NCBI GenBank assembly: GCA_030390025.1
Contig: CM059447.1
Span: 46,624,001 to 46,688,000 of the forward strand
Length of the DNA: 64,000 nt
Reading direction: 5' to 3'
From: Squalus acanthias
Lineage: Eukaryota
The notes beneath the pieces were generated by a model. That model had not been told where the DNA came from, searched no databases, and saw nothing but the letters and a program-made list of their open reading frames with translations. Both the position numbers and the translations under genes were made by a program. Positions 48,925 to 60,582 of the stretch are shown in pieces (position 1 is the stretch's first letter; every line of letters begins with the position of its first letter).

Positions 48925-49707
48925 AGGAAGATTAGAAAAGCAAAATATTCTTTCAAAGGTGAGAGACCAGTAAATGTTGGGATTCAGAGGGACTGGGATG
49001 TCCTTAGACACCAATCACCGAAAGTTAACATGCAGGTACAGCAAGTAATTAGGAAGGCAAATTGTATGTTAGCCTTTATTGCAAGGGGGTTGGAGTATAA
49101 GAGTAAGGAAGTCTTGCTACAGTTGTACAGGGCCTTGGTGAGACCACACCTGGAGTACTGTGCGCAGTTTTGGTCTCCTTATCTAAGGAAGGATATACTT
49201 GCCTTGGAGGCGGTGCAACGAAGGTTCACTAGATTGCTTCCTGGGATGAGGGGGCTGTCCTATGAGGAGCAATTGAGTAGATTGGGCCGACACGCTCTGG
49301 AGTTTAGAAGAATGAGAGGTGATCTCATTGAAACATATAAGATTCTGAGGGGGATTGACAGGGTAGATGCTGAGAGGTTGTTTCCCCTGGCTGGAGAGTC
49401 TAGAACCAGGGGTCACAGTCTCAGGATAAGGGGTCGGCCATTTAGGACTGAGATGAGGAGGAATTTCTTCACTCAGAGGGCGGTGAATCTTTGGAATTCT
49501 CTACCCCAGAGGGCTGTGGAGGCTGAGTCTTTGAGTATATTCAAGGCTGAGATCGATAGATTTTTGGACTCTAGGGGAATTGTGGGATATGGAGATCGGG
49601 CGGGAAAGTGGAGTTGAGGTCGATGATCAGCCATGATCTTATTGAATGGCGGAGCAGGCTCGAGGGGCCGAATGGCCGCTCCTGCTCCTAATTCTTATGT
49701 TCTTATG
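48925..49707 (+). mobile_element. CR1 3' fragment with open ORF2 C-terminus
   Basis: ORF 49030-49617; (TTCTTATG)n tail. Confidence 0.9.
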
Positions 49708-49727
49708 CATCCGGTTCCGTTGCCTAC

Positions 49728-49878
49728 CTCCACCAGTCGCAGTCTTTGTCTGAGAGGGGATGCCCAGTGCTTCCATCACGGCCGACCTCTGCTCCTCGCT
49801 TGCCCGCTCCATCTGCGCCTCGGTTACGGCCGCGGCGTTGTCCGGCCCGAGCCGATTCAGCTGGGAGACCGAGAGTCC
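49728..49878 (-). CDS. Otoancorin-like gene, penultimate exon
   Basis: CAG|GLSVSQLNRLGPDNAAAVTEAQMERASEEQRSAVMEALGIPSQTKTATGG|GTAGG; 151 nt, phase 0-1; LGP.NAAAVT.AQ motif of otoancorin. Confidence 0.9.
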
Positions 49879-50077
49879 CTGCGCGGAACACAATGGGTCG
49901 TCACTGCCCGCCTGCATTTGGTCATCTCCCTCCAGCCCTCCCCACCGTCCCCCCGCCCGCCCACGCGCGCCTCCCCCGCCACTCTCTGCGAGCACCTGCT
50001 TGCCCCGCCGCCGCCTCGCCCAGTGGCCGCTCTGACGGCGCGAAGCTATTCGAGCGAGGGGGGAATCACTGAATGTA

Positions 50078-51425
50078 GACAACAACAACAACTAGCATTT
50101 ATACAGCGCCGTTAACGTAGTAAAACGTCCCAAGGTGCTTCACAGGAGCGTGAATCAAACAAAATTTGACACCGAGCCACATAAGGAGATATTGGGACAG
50201 GTTGGTCAAAGAGGTCGGTTTTAAGGAGCGTCTTAAAGGAGGAGAGAGAGGTGGAGAGGTTTAGGGAGGGAATTCCAGAGCTTAGGGCCCAGGTAGCTGA
50301 AGGCACGGCTGCCAATGGTGGAGCGATGGAAATCAGGGGATGCGCAAGAGGCCAGAATTGGAGGAGCGCAGAGATCTGGGACGGTTGTGGGGCTGGAGGG
50401 GGTTACAGAGATAGGGAGGGGTGTAGGGCTGGGGGAGGTTACAGAGATAGGGAGGGGGTGCAGGGGCCTGGAGGAGGTTACAGAGATGGGGAGGGGTGGA
50501 GGGCTGGAGGAGGTTACGGAGATAGGGAGGGGTGTCGGGGCTGGAGGGGGTTACAGAGATAGGGAGGGGTGTAGGGGCTGGAGGAGGTTACAGAGATAGG
50601 GAGGGGTGTAGGGCTGGAGGAGGTTACAGAGATAGGGAGGGGTGTATGGCTGGAGGAGGTTACAGAGATAGGGAGGGGTGTAGGGCTGGAGGGGGTTACA
50701 GAGATAGGGAGGGGTGTAGGGGCTGGAGGAGGTTACAGAGATAGGGAAGGGTGTATGGCTGGAGGAGGTTACAGAGATGGGGAGGGGTGTAGGGGCTGGA
50801 GGGGGTTACAGAGATAGGGAGGGGTGTAGGGGCTGGAGGAGGTTACAGAGATAGGGAGGGGTGTATGGCTGGAGGAGGTTACAGAGATGGGGAGGGGTGT
50901 AGGGGCTGGAGGAGGTTACAGAGATGGGGAGGGGTGTAGGGGCTGGAGGGGGTTACAGAGATAGGGAGGGGTGTATGGCTGGAGGAGGTTACAGAGATGG
51001 GGAGTGGTGTAGGGGCTGGAGGAGGTTACAGAGATGGGGAGGGGTGTAGGGGCTGGAGGGGGTTAGAGAGATAGGGAGGGGTGTAGGGCTGGTGGAGGTT
51101 ACAGAGATGGGGAGGGTGTAGGGCTGGAGGGTGTTACAGAGATAGGGAGGGGTGTAGGGCTGGAGGAGGTTACAGAGATAGGGAGGGGTGTAGGGCTGGA
51201 GGGGGTTACAGAGATAGGGAGGGGTGTAGGGCTGGAGGGGGTTACAGAGATGGGGAGGGTTGTGGGGCTGGAGGGGGTTACAGAGATGGGGAGGGGTGTA
51301 GGGCTGGCGGAGGTTACAGAGATGGGGAGCGGGCGAGGAGGGATTTGAACACGAGGATGAGAATTTTGAAATCGAGGCCTTGCCGGACCGGGAGCCAATT
51401 CCGGTCAGCGAGCACAGGGGGGTGA
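50078..51425 (-). mobile_element. L2 3' fragment with a 37-bp G-rich array
   Basis: Same structure as 296-1218; array about 50385-51330. Confidence 0.88.
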
Positions 51426-51664
51426 CGATAGTAGCGAAAGGCGATCAGGAGTAAGGAACCCAGGCCGATTGTTAAGCCACCCTGGGGGCCCAGGATGGAC
51501 GAGGCCCAGCGTGACGTCTCCGGGCAGAGGTCAGCTCCCCCGGCAACAAGCGGGGATGGGACGTGGGATCTTCCTGGTCCGCGCGACTCGTCCGGGGAGC
51601 GGAGGCATTCATGGGCGCGCGTCTGGCAGCCGTTAGGAGCTGAATGAAGGTCTTCCCATGAAGG

Positions 51665-52890
51665 AAGGTCATCTGACCGAAGTGTTCAAGATATTAAGGG
51701 GAACAGAGAGAGAGAAACTATTTCCGCTGGTTGGGGATTCTAGGACTAGGGGGCAGAGTCTAAAAATCAGAGCTAGACCTTTCAGGAGTGAAGTTAGGAA
51801 ACATTTCTACACACAAAGGGCGGTAGAAGTTTGGAACTCTCTTCCGCAAACAGCAACTGATGCTAGATCAATTGTTAATTTTAAATCTGAGATTGGTAGA
51901 TTTTTGTTAACCAGGTATTAAGGGATATGAGGCAAAGGCGGTTGGATGGAGTTAGGTGACAGATCAGCCATGATCTCATTGAATGGCGGAGCAGGCTCGA
52001 GGGACTGAATGGGCCTCCTCCTGTTCCTGTGTAACAGGCTCGAGGGGCTGAATGGGCCTCCTCCTGTTCCTGTGTAACAGGCTCGAGGGGCTGAATGGGC
52101 CTCCTCCTGTTCCTCTGTAACAGGCTCGAGGGGCTGAATGGCCTCCTCCTGTTCCTGTGTAACAGGCTCGAGGGACTGAATGGTCCTCCTCCTGTTCCTG
52201 TGTAACAGGCTCGAGGGGCTGAATGGTCCTCCTCCTGTTCCTGTGTAACAGGCTCGAGGGGCTGAATGGCCTCCTCCTGTTCCTGTGTAACAGGCTCGAG
52301 GGACTGAATGGGCCTCCTCCTGTTCCTGTGTGACAGGCTCGAGGGACTGAATGGGCCTCCTCCTGTTCCTGTGTAACAGGCTCGAGGGGCTGAATGGCCT
52401 CCTCCTGTTCCTGTGTAACAGGCTCGAGGGGCTGAATGGGCCTCCTCCTGTTCCTGTGTGACAGGCTCGAGGGGGCTGAATGGGCCTCCTCCTGTTCCTA
52501 TGTAACGGGCTCGAGGGGGCTGAATGGGCCTCCTCCTGTTCCTGTGTAACAGGCTCGAGGAGCTGAATGGGCCTCCTCCTGTTCCTGTGTGACAGGCTCG
52601 AGGGACTGAATGGGCCTCCTCCTGTTCCTGTGTAACAGGCTTGAGGGGGCCGAATGGGCCTCCTCCTGTTCCTGTGTAACAGGCTCGAGGGACTGAATGG
52701 GCCTCCTCCTGTTCCTGTGTAACAGGCTCGAGGGGCTGAATGGGCCTCCTCCTGTTCCTGTGTAACAGGCTCGAGGGTCTGAATGGCCTCCTCCTGTTCC
52801 TGTGTGACAGGCTCGAGGGGCTGAATGGGCCTCCTCCTGTTCCTGTGTGACAGGCTCGAGGGGCTGAATGGGCCTCCTCCTGTTCCTGTC
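51665..52890 (+). repeat. CR1 3' fragment ending in a 42/43-bp tandem array
   Basis: Unit ACAGGCTCGAGGGGCTGAATGGGCCTCCTCCTGTTCCTGTGTA from about 51990; the single-copy form is at 20905-20940. Confidence 0.9.
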
Positions 52891-52961
52891 CCACTCCCAA
52901 TTAATTCCCCCACAAACAACACCCTAGCTTCCCCAAGGAAAGAGATTCTGGCGACACTCAC

Positions 52962-53059
52962 CGGGAATCGGTCGGGCGGGATCAGGCGGACAGCCGCGGT
53001 GCTGAGGAACGGCATCGTCTTGGGCGCCAAGCTCTTCAAATCCTCAGCGCTGGCTCCGG
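52962..53059 (-). CDS. Otoancorin-like gene, internal exon
   Basis: TGCAG|AGASAEDLKSLAPKTMPFLSTAAVRLIPPDRFP|GTGAGT; 98 nt, phase 1-0. Confidence 0.88.
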
Positions 53060-53174
53060 CTGCAAGGGGCGGAGAGAGGCAGCAGGTTATCTTATGCAGC
53101 GAGGCACCTTCAGGAGCAGAAAGGTGGACACTGGCCTCTCACATCAGTGCCTGGGCCTAAATCCAGACTTGGTT

Positions 53175-53995
53175 TAACGCCACGTCCCAAAGCGTTTACA
53201 CCCAATGAAGTACTGTTTTTTTTTTTAAGTGTAGTCCACTGTTGTGATGTAGGAAACGCGGCAGCCAATTTGCACACAGCAAGCTCCCATAAACAGCAAT
53301 GTGATAAATGACATTTCTTTTTTAGTGATGTTGGTTGAGGGATAAATATTGAGCCCAGGACACCGGGGAGAATTCCCCCTGTTCTTCTTCCAATAGTGGC
53401 CGTGGGATCTTTTACATCCACCTGAGGGGGCAGACGGGGCCTCGGTTTAAAGCCACATCCAAAAGACAGCACATCTGACAGTGCGGCGCTCCCTCAGTAC
53501 CGCCCCTCCGACAGTGCGGCGCTCCCTCAGTACCGCCCCCCCGACAGTGCGGCGCTCCCTCAGTACCGCCCCTCCGACAGTGCGGCACTCCCTCAGTACC
53601 GCCCCTCCGACAGTGCGGCGCTCCCTCAGTACCGCCCCTCCGACAGTGCGACGCTCCCTCAGTACCGCCCCTCTGACAGTGCGGCGCTCCCTCAGTACTG
53701 CCCCTCCGACAGTGCGGCGCTCCCTCAGTACGGCCCCTCCGACAGTGCGGCGCTCCCTCAGTACCGCCCCCCCGACAGTGCGGCACTCCCTCAGTACCGC
53801 CCCTCCGACAGTGCGGCGCTCCCTCAGTACCGCCCCCCCGACAGTGCGGCGCTCCCTCAGTACCACCCCTCCGAAAGTGCGGCGCTTCCTCAGTACTGCC
53901 CCTCCGACAGTGCGGCGCTCCCTCAGTACTGCTTTGGGAGTGCAAGCCTGGTCTCTGGTGTGCGCCTTGAACCCACAACCATCGGACTCACAGCA
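53175..53995 (-). mobile_element. DeuSINE with 33-bp array
   Basis: Same body as the other copies; array 53476-53930. Confidence 0.85.
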
Positions 53996-54136
53996 GAGTT
54001 GAGGGCGATGGACAATGTCCGCATGCTCGATAAAGCCCAAAGCTGCCCTCTGGAGGGAGGCTCATCGAACGGACTGTGTGACTGGCGGGGTTTTGTACTG
54101 ACTATCTCCCTGGCGGTTCCGGATCGCTGCTCTTAC

Positions 54137-54273
54137 CGGCCATGGTGCCAAGCTCCGACATCTCAGCTGCTGACCAGTCCTTCATGGGCCCAAAAACCTC
54201 GGCCACTCTGTCCTTCAGGGAGTCCAACGTCACTGTAGGGCAACTCAGTGTCCCCAGGCTGGCAGCAGCCAAT
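54137..54273 (-). CDS. Otoancorin-like gene, internal exon (not in the ORF track)
   Basis: CAG|LAAASLGTLSCPTVTLDSLKDRVAEVFGPMKDWSAAEMSELGTMA|GTAAG; 137 nt, phase 2-1; VFG...W.....ELG motif. Confidence 0.9.
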
Positions 54274-54328
54274 CTGTCTTACAAGAAGGAAAGAATTCGC
54301 ATTGTAGTCCTGGTTAAGGTGAGAGACT

Positions 54329-55517
54329 AAAGCGCCTTCTACACTGTCCCATCAAACACTCCCAGGACAGGTACAGCACGGGTTAGATACAGAGTAAAGC
54401 TCCCTCTACACTGTCCCATCAAACACTCTCAGGGCAGGTACAGCATGGGTTAGATACAGAGTAAAGCTCCCGCTACACTGTCCCATCAAACACTCCCGGG
54501 GCAGGTACAGCACGGGTTAGATACAGAGTAAAGCTCCCTCTACACTGTCCCATCAAACACTCCCAGGACAGGTACAGCACGGGTTAGATACAGAGTAAAG
54601 CTCCCTCTACACTGTCCCATCAAACACTCCCAGGGCAGGTACAGCACGGGTTAGATACAGAGTAAAGCTCCCTCTACACTGTCCCCATCAAACACTCCCA
54701 GGGCAGGTACAGCACGGGTTAGATACAGAGTAAATCTCCCTCTACACTGTCCCATCAAACACTCCCAGGGTAGGTGAGGCCCGGGTTAGATACAGAGTAA
54801 AGCTCCCTCTACACTGTCCCATCAAACACTCCCAGGGCAGGTACAGCATGGGTTAGATACAGAGTAAAGCTCCCTCTACACTGTCCCCATCAAACACTCC
54901 CGGGGCAGGTACAGTATGGGGTTAGATATGGAGTAAAGCTCCCTCTACACTGTCCCATCAAACACTCCCAGGGCAGGTACAGCACGGGTTAGATACAGAG
55001 TAAAGCTCCCTCTACACTGTCCCCATCAAACACTCCCGGGGCAGGTACAGTATGGGGTTAGATATAGAGTAAAGCTCCCTCTACACTGTCCCATCAAACA
55101 CTCCCAGGGCAGGTACAGCACGGGTTAGATACAGAGTAAAGCTCCCTCAACACTGTCCCATCAAACACTCCCAGGGCAGGTACAGCACGGGTTAGATACA
55201 GAGTAAAGCTCCCTCTACACTGTCCCATCAAACACTCCCAGGGCAGGTACAGCACGGGTTAGATACAGAGTAAAGCTCCCTCAACACTGTCCCATCAAAC
55301 ACTCCCAGGGCAGGTACAGCACGGGTTAGATACAGAGTAAAGCTCCCTCTACACTGTCCCATCAAACACTCCCAGGGCAGGTACAGCACGGGTTAGATAC
55401 AGAGTAAAGCTCCCTCTACACTGTCCCATCAAACACTCCCAGGGCAGGTACAGCACGGGTTAGATACAGAGTAAATCTCCCTCTACACGGTCCCATCAAT
55501 CACTCCCAGGGCAGGTA
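54329..55517. repeat. 67-bp minisatellite, intronic
   Basis: Same unit as 32613-44285. Confidence 0.95.
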
Positions 55518-56059
55518 AGGGAGAACAGAAGGGAAGTGAGGAGGTGAAAACAAGCCTGGGTGTTCGAAGCGTGTCGGTGTCAGGGAAGACTGAGGGAGGT
55601 GAGGAGTCTCAGAGTTTTGATATCCTGGGAAAGAATGGATTGGAATCGGAGATGGTGTAACGAGTCTGGATTTGAACACTGAGGTGGGAGGGAGAGGGGG
55701 AAGAGTGTGTGGGGGAGGGGTGGTTGGAGTGTAGGAGGAACAAGAGAAGAAAGCGTCAATTGAAAGATGAGTGGAGATTGCAAATTCCTCATCTTACTCT
55801 TTACTGATCCTCACTGCATTCAAATCGACTCTCATCGCGCAAGTCTCGACCTCCATTCTTTGCCTGGGTTCGCGGGCCGAATGTTCATCTTCCGTGCTGT
55901 AACCATCCTACGATTCATTTTGCCAGGATCTGCAATCTTAACCTCCCCGGCCGGCCTCCCGGGAAGGAACACGCTTTTTAAAAGCAGCATCAAAGCTCTG
56001 GTGGACGCGCGCTTTCCCCGCAAAGGCAGAGCCCGACTGGAGAGGAAGGAGGCGCTCAC

Positions 56060-56202
56060 CTGATCGCTTCCCCTCCCAGCTGGGAGATGAGAGAGGCGTT
56101 CATTCCGCACACAAAATTCCCAAGCCCGCTGAGTTCCACGGATCCCAGGGAAGCGGCTGTAATCCCGCGAAGGTCCAGGAATCGACCTAACACGGCACTT
56201 TG
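56060..56202 (-). CDS. Otoancorin-like gene, internal exon (not in the ORF track)
   Basis: CACAG|QSAVLGRFLDLRGITAASLGSVELSGLGNFVCGMNASLISQLGGEAI-R|GTGAG; 143 nt, phase 0-2. Confidence 0.88.
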
Positions 56203-56234
56203 CTGTGGGTACGAGAGGCATGACGGAATCAGTA

Positions 56235-59200
56235 ACAGTGATCAGGGGCAGGAACCCTGGCTGATTTCCTCTCTCTCTAACCCAGGGGTCACTGGACAGT
56301 GATCAGGAGCTGGAACCCTGGCTGATTTCCCCCTCTATCTAACCCAGGGGTCATTGGACAGTGATCAGGAGCAGGAACCCTGGCTGATTTCCCCTCTCTC
56401 TCTAACCCAGGGGTCACTGGACAGTGATCAGGAGCTGGAACCCTGGCTGATTTCCCCCTCTATCTAACCCAGGGGTCATTGGACAGTGATCAGGAGCTGG
56501 AACCCTGGCTGATTTCCCCTCTCTCTAACCCAGGGGTCACTGGACAGTGATCAGGAGCAGGAACCCTGGCTGATTTCCCCCTCTCTCTAACCCAGGGGGT
56601 CACTGGGCAGTGATCAGGAGCAGGAACCCTGGCTGATTTCCCCTCTCTGTCTAACCCAGGGGTCACTGGACAGTGATCAGGAGCAGGAACCCTGGCTGAT
56701 TTCCCCCTCTCTCTAACCCAGGGGTCACTGGACAGTGATCAGGAGCAGGATCCCTGGCTGATTTCCCCTCTCTCTAACCCAGGGGTCACTGGACAGTGAT
56801 CAGGAGCAGGAACACTGACTGATTTCCCCCTCTCTCTAACCCAGGGGTCACTGGACAGTGATCAGGAGCAGGAACCCTGACTGATTTCCCCTCTCTCTAA
56901 CCCAGGGGTCACTGGACAGTGATCAGGAGCAGGAACTCTGGCTGATTTCCCCTCTCTCTAACCCAGGGGTCACTGGACAGTGATCAGGAGCAGCAACCCT
57001 GGCTGATTTCCACTCTCTCTAACCCAGGGGTCACTGGACAGTGATCAGGAGCAGGAACCCTGGCTGATTTCCCCTCTCTCTAAACCGGGGGTCACTGGAC
57101 AGTGATCAGGAGCAGGAACCCTGGCTGATTTCCCCCTCTCTCTCTAACCCAGGGGTCACTGGGCAGTGATCTGGAGCAGGAACCATGGTTGATTTCCCCT
57201 CTATCTAACCCAGGAGTCACTGGACAGTGATCAGGAGCAGCAACCCTGGCTGATTTCCCCCTCTCTAACCCAGGGGTCACTGGACAGTGATCAGGAGCAG
57301 CAACCCTGGCTGATTTCCCTCCTCTCTCTAACCCAGGGGTCACTGGACAGTGATCAGGAGCAGGAACCCTGGCTGATTTCCCCTCTCTCTAACCCAGGGG
57401 TCACTGGACAGTGATCAGGAGCAGGAACCCTGGCTGATTTCCCCCCTCTCTAACCCAGGGGTCACTGGACAGTGATCAGGAGCAGGAACCCTGGCTGATT
57501 TCCCCTCTCTCTAACCCAGGGGTCACTGGACAGTGATCAGGAGCAGGAACCCTGGCTGATTTCCCCCCTCTCTAACCCAGGGGTCACTGGACAGTGATCA
57601 GGAGCAGGAACCCTGGCTGATTTCCCCTCTCTCTAACCCAGGGGTCACTGGACAGTGATCAGGAGCAGGAACCCTGGCTGATTTCCCCCTCTCTCTAACC
57701 CAGGGGTCACTGGACAGTGATCAGGAGCAGGAACCCTGGCTGATTTCCCCTCTCTCTCTAACCCAGGGGTGACTGGACAGTGATCAGGAGCAGGAACCCT
57801 GGCTGATTTCCCCTCTCTAACCCAGGGGTCACTGGGCAGTGATCAGGAGCAGGAACCCTGGCTGATTTCCCCCTCTCTCTAACCCAGGGGTCACTGGACA
57901 GTGATCAGGAGCAGGAACCCTGGCTGATTTCCCCTCTCTCTCTAACCCAGGGGTGACTGGACAGTGATCAGGAGCAGGAACCCTGGCTGATTTCCCCTCT
58001 CTAACCCAGGGGTCACTGGGCAGTGATCAGGAGCAGGAACCCTGGCTGATTTCCCCCTCTCTCTAACCCAGGGGTCACTGGACAGTGATCAGGAGCAGGA
58101 ACCCTGGCTGATTTCCACTCTCTCTAACCCAGGGGTCACTGGACAGTGATCAGGAGCAGGAACCCTGGCTGATTTCCCCCTCTCTCTCTAACCAAGGGGT
58201 CACTGGGCAGTGATCAGGAGCAGGAACCCTGGCTGATTTCCCCTCTATCTAACCCAGGGGTCACTGGGCAGTGATCAGGAGCAGGAACCCTGACTGATTT
58301 CCCCCTCTCTCTAACCCAGGGGTCACTGGACAGTGATCAGGAGCAGGAACCCTGGCTGATTTCCCCTCTCTCTAACCCAGGGGTCACTGGACAGTGATCA
58401 GGGGCAGGAACACTGGCTGATTTCCCTCTCTCTCTAACCCAGGGGTGACTGGACAGTGATCAGGAGCAGGAACCCTGGCTGATTTCCCCTCTCTCTAACC
58501 CAGGGGTCACTGGACAATGATCGAAAGCAGGAACCCTGGCTGATTTCCTCTCTCTCTAACCCAGGGGTCACTGGGCAGTGATCAGGAGCAGGAACCCTGA
58601 CTGATTTCCCCTCTCTCTAACCCAGGGGTCACTGGACAGTGATCAGGAGCAGGAACCCTGGCTGATTTCCCCTCTCTCTAACCCAGGGGTCACTGGACAG
58701 TGATCAGGAGCAGGAACCCTGGCTGATTTCCCCTCTCTCTAACCCAGGGGTCACTGGACAGTGATCAGGGGCAGGAACCCTGGCTGATTTCCCCTCTCTC
58801 TAACCCAGGGGTCACTGGACAGTGATCAGGAGCAGGAACCCTGGCTGATTTCCCCTCTCTCTAACCCAGGGGACACTGGACAGTGATCAGGAGCAGGAAC
58901 CCTGGCTGATTTCCCCTCTCTCTAACCCAGGGGTCACTGGACAGTGATCAGGAGCAGGAACCCTGGCTGATTTCCCCTCTCTCTAACCCAGGGATCACTG
59001 GACAGTGATCAGGAGCAGGAACCCTGGCTGATTTCCCCCTCTCTCTCTAACCAAGGGGTCACTGGGCAGTGATCTGGAGCAGGAACCATGGTTGATTTCC
59101 CTCTATCAAACCCAGGAGTCACTGGACAGTGATCAGGAGCAGGAACCCTGGCTGATTTCCCCTCTATCTAACCCAGGAGTCACTGGACAGTGATCAGGAG

Positions 59201-59886
59201 CAGGAACCCTGGCTGATTTCCCCCTCTCTCTCTAACCAAGGGGTCACTGGGCAGTGATCTGGAGCAGGAACCATGGTTGATTTCCCCTCTATCAAACCCA
59301 GGAGTCACTGGACAGTGATCAGGAGCAGGAACCCTGGCTGATTTCCCCCTCTCTCTAACGCAGGGGTCACTGGACAGGGATCAGGAGCAGGAACCCTGGC
59401 TGATTTCCCCCTCTCTGTAACCCAGGGGTCACTGGACAGTGATCAGGAGCAGGAACCCTGGCTGATTTCCACTCTCTCTAACCCAGGGGTCACTGGACAG
59501 TGATCAGGAGTAGGAACCCTGGCTGATTTCCCCCTCTCTCTAACCCAGGGGTCACTGGGCAGTGATCAAGAGCAGGAACCCTGGCTGATTTCCCCTCTCT
59601 CTAACCCAGGGGTCACTGGACAGTGATCAGGAGCAGGAACCCTGGCTGATTTCCCCTCTATCTAACTCAGGGGTCACTGGACAGTGATCAGGAGCAGGAA
59701 CCCTGGCTGATTTCCCCTCTCTCTAACCCAGGGGTCACTGGGCAGTGATCAGGAGCAGGAACCCTGGCTGATTTCCCCTCTCTCTAACCCAGGGGTCACT
59801 GGACAGAGATCAGGAGCAGGAACCCTGGCTGATTTCCCGTCTTTCTAACCCAGGGGTCACTGGACAGTGATCAGGAGCAGGAACCT
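56235..59886. repeat. About 61-bp minisatellite, intronic, about 60 units
   Basis: Unit GTGATCAGGAGCAGGAACCCTGGCTGATTTCCCCTCTCTCTAACCCAGGGGTCACTGGACA. Confidence 0.95.
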
Positions 59887-60288
59887 GTTGCTCGCTGACC
59901 TACATTGGCTCCCGGTCCGGCAACGCCTCGATTTTAAAATCCTCATCCTCATTTTCAATTCCCTCCATGACCTCGCCCCTCCCTATCTCTGTAACCCCTC
60001 CAGCCCTACAACCCCCGGAGATCTCTGCACTCCTCCAATTCTGGCCTCTCCCCGATTTCCATCGCTCCACCATTGGCGGCCGTGCCTTCAGCCGCCTGGG
60101 CCCTGAGCTCTGGAATTCCCTCCCTAAACCTCTCCACCTCTCTCTCCTCCTCTAAGATGCTCCTTAAAACCCACCTCTTTGACCCAGCTTTTGGTCACCT
60201 GTCCTAATATCTCCTTATGTGGCTCGGTGTCAAATTTTGTCTGAAATCGCTCCTGTGAAGCACCCTGGGACGTTTTACTACAATGTTA
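59886..60288 (+). mobile_element. L2 3' fragment without array expansion
   Basis: LLADLHWLPVRQRLDFKILILIF; single copy of the 37-bp unit region. Confidence 0.85.
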
Positions 60289-60327
60289 ATGTTGGACTGT
60301 GTGTTTGAGGGACGGAGGGGTCGTTAC

Positions 60328-60483
60328 CTGCTCCTGGGTCCAGGCAGGACAAGCTGAGATGCTCGCCAGCGTATCGATAGAGCTCAGATCCAACAGCTGT
60401 AGCTCAGTCACGGTCAGCGTGGTGATGATACACTTCAGGTTCGCAATGTCTTCCTGTTTGAAGCTGGACACGGATCCCCACAC
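60328..60483 (-). CDS. Otoancorin-like gene, internal exon
   Basis: TAG|VWGSVSSFKQEDIANLKCIITTLTVTELQLLDLSSIDTLASISACPAWTQEQ|GTAAC; 156 nt, phase 0-0; LDLSSIDT motif as in otoancorin. Confidence 0.9.
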
Positions 60484-60582
60484 CTACAACGCACAAAGGG
60501 GAAGCCGTGACTACCCCCGCATTGACCATCCAGTAAGACATTGCTTCCTTGGGGGTCTGAATCCACACACTGCCGTGTCTCA

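Noticed and set aside
47914-49014. 366-aa ORF with an apparent hydrophobic N-terminus
   Set aside because: Chance read-through into a CR1 fragment with in-frame 51-bp repeats; it lies in an intron of the otoancorin-like gene
51881-53039. 339-373 aa ORFs with PLEPVTQEQEE repeats
   Set aside because: 43-bp CR1-tail array; only 52962-53059 is a real exon
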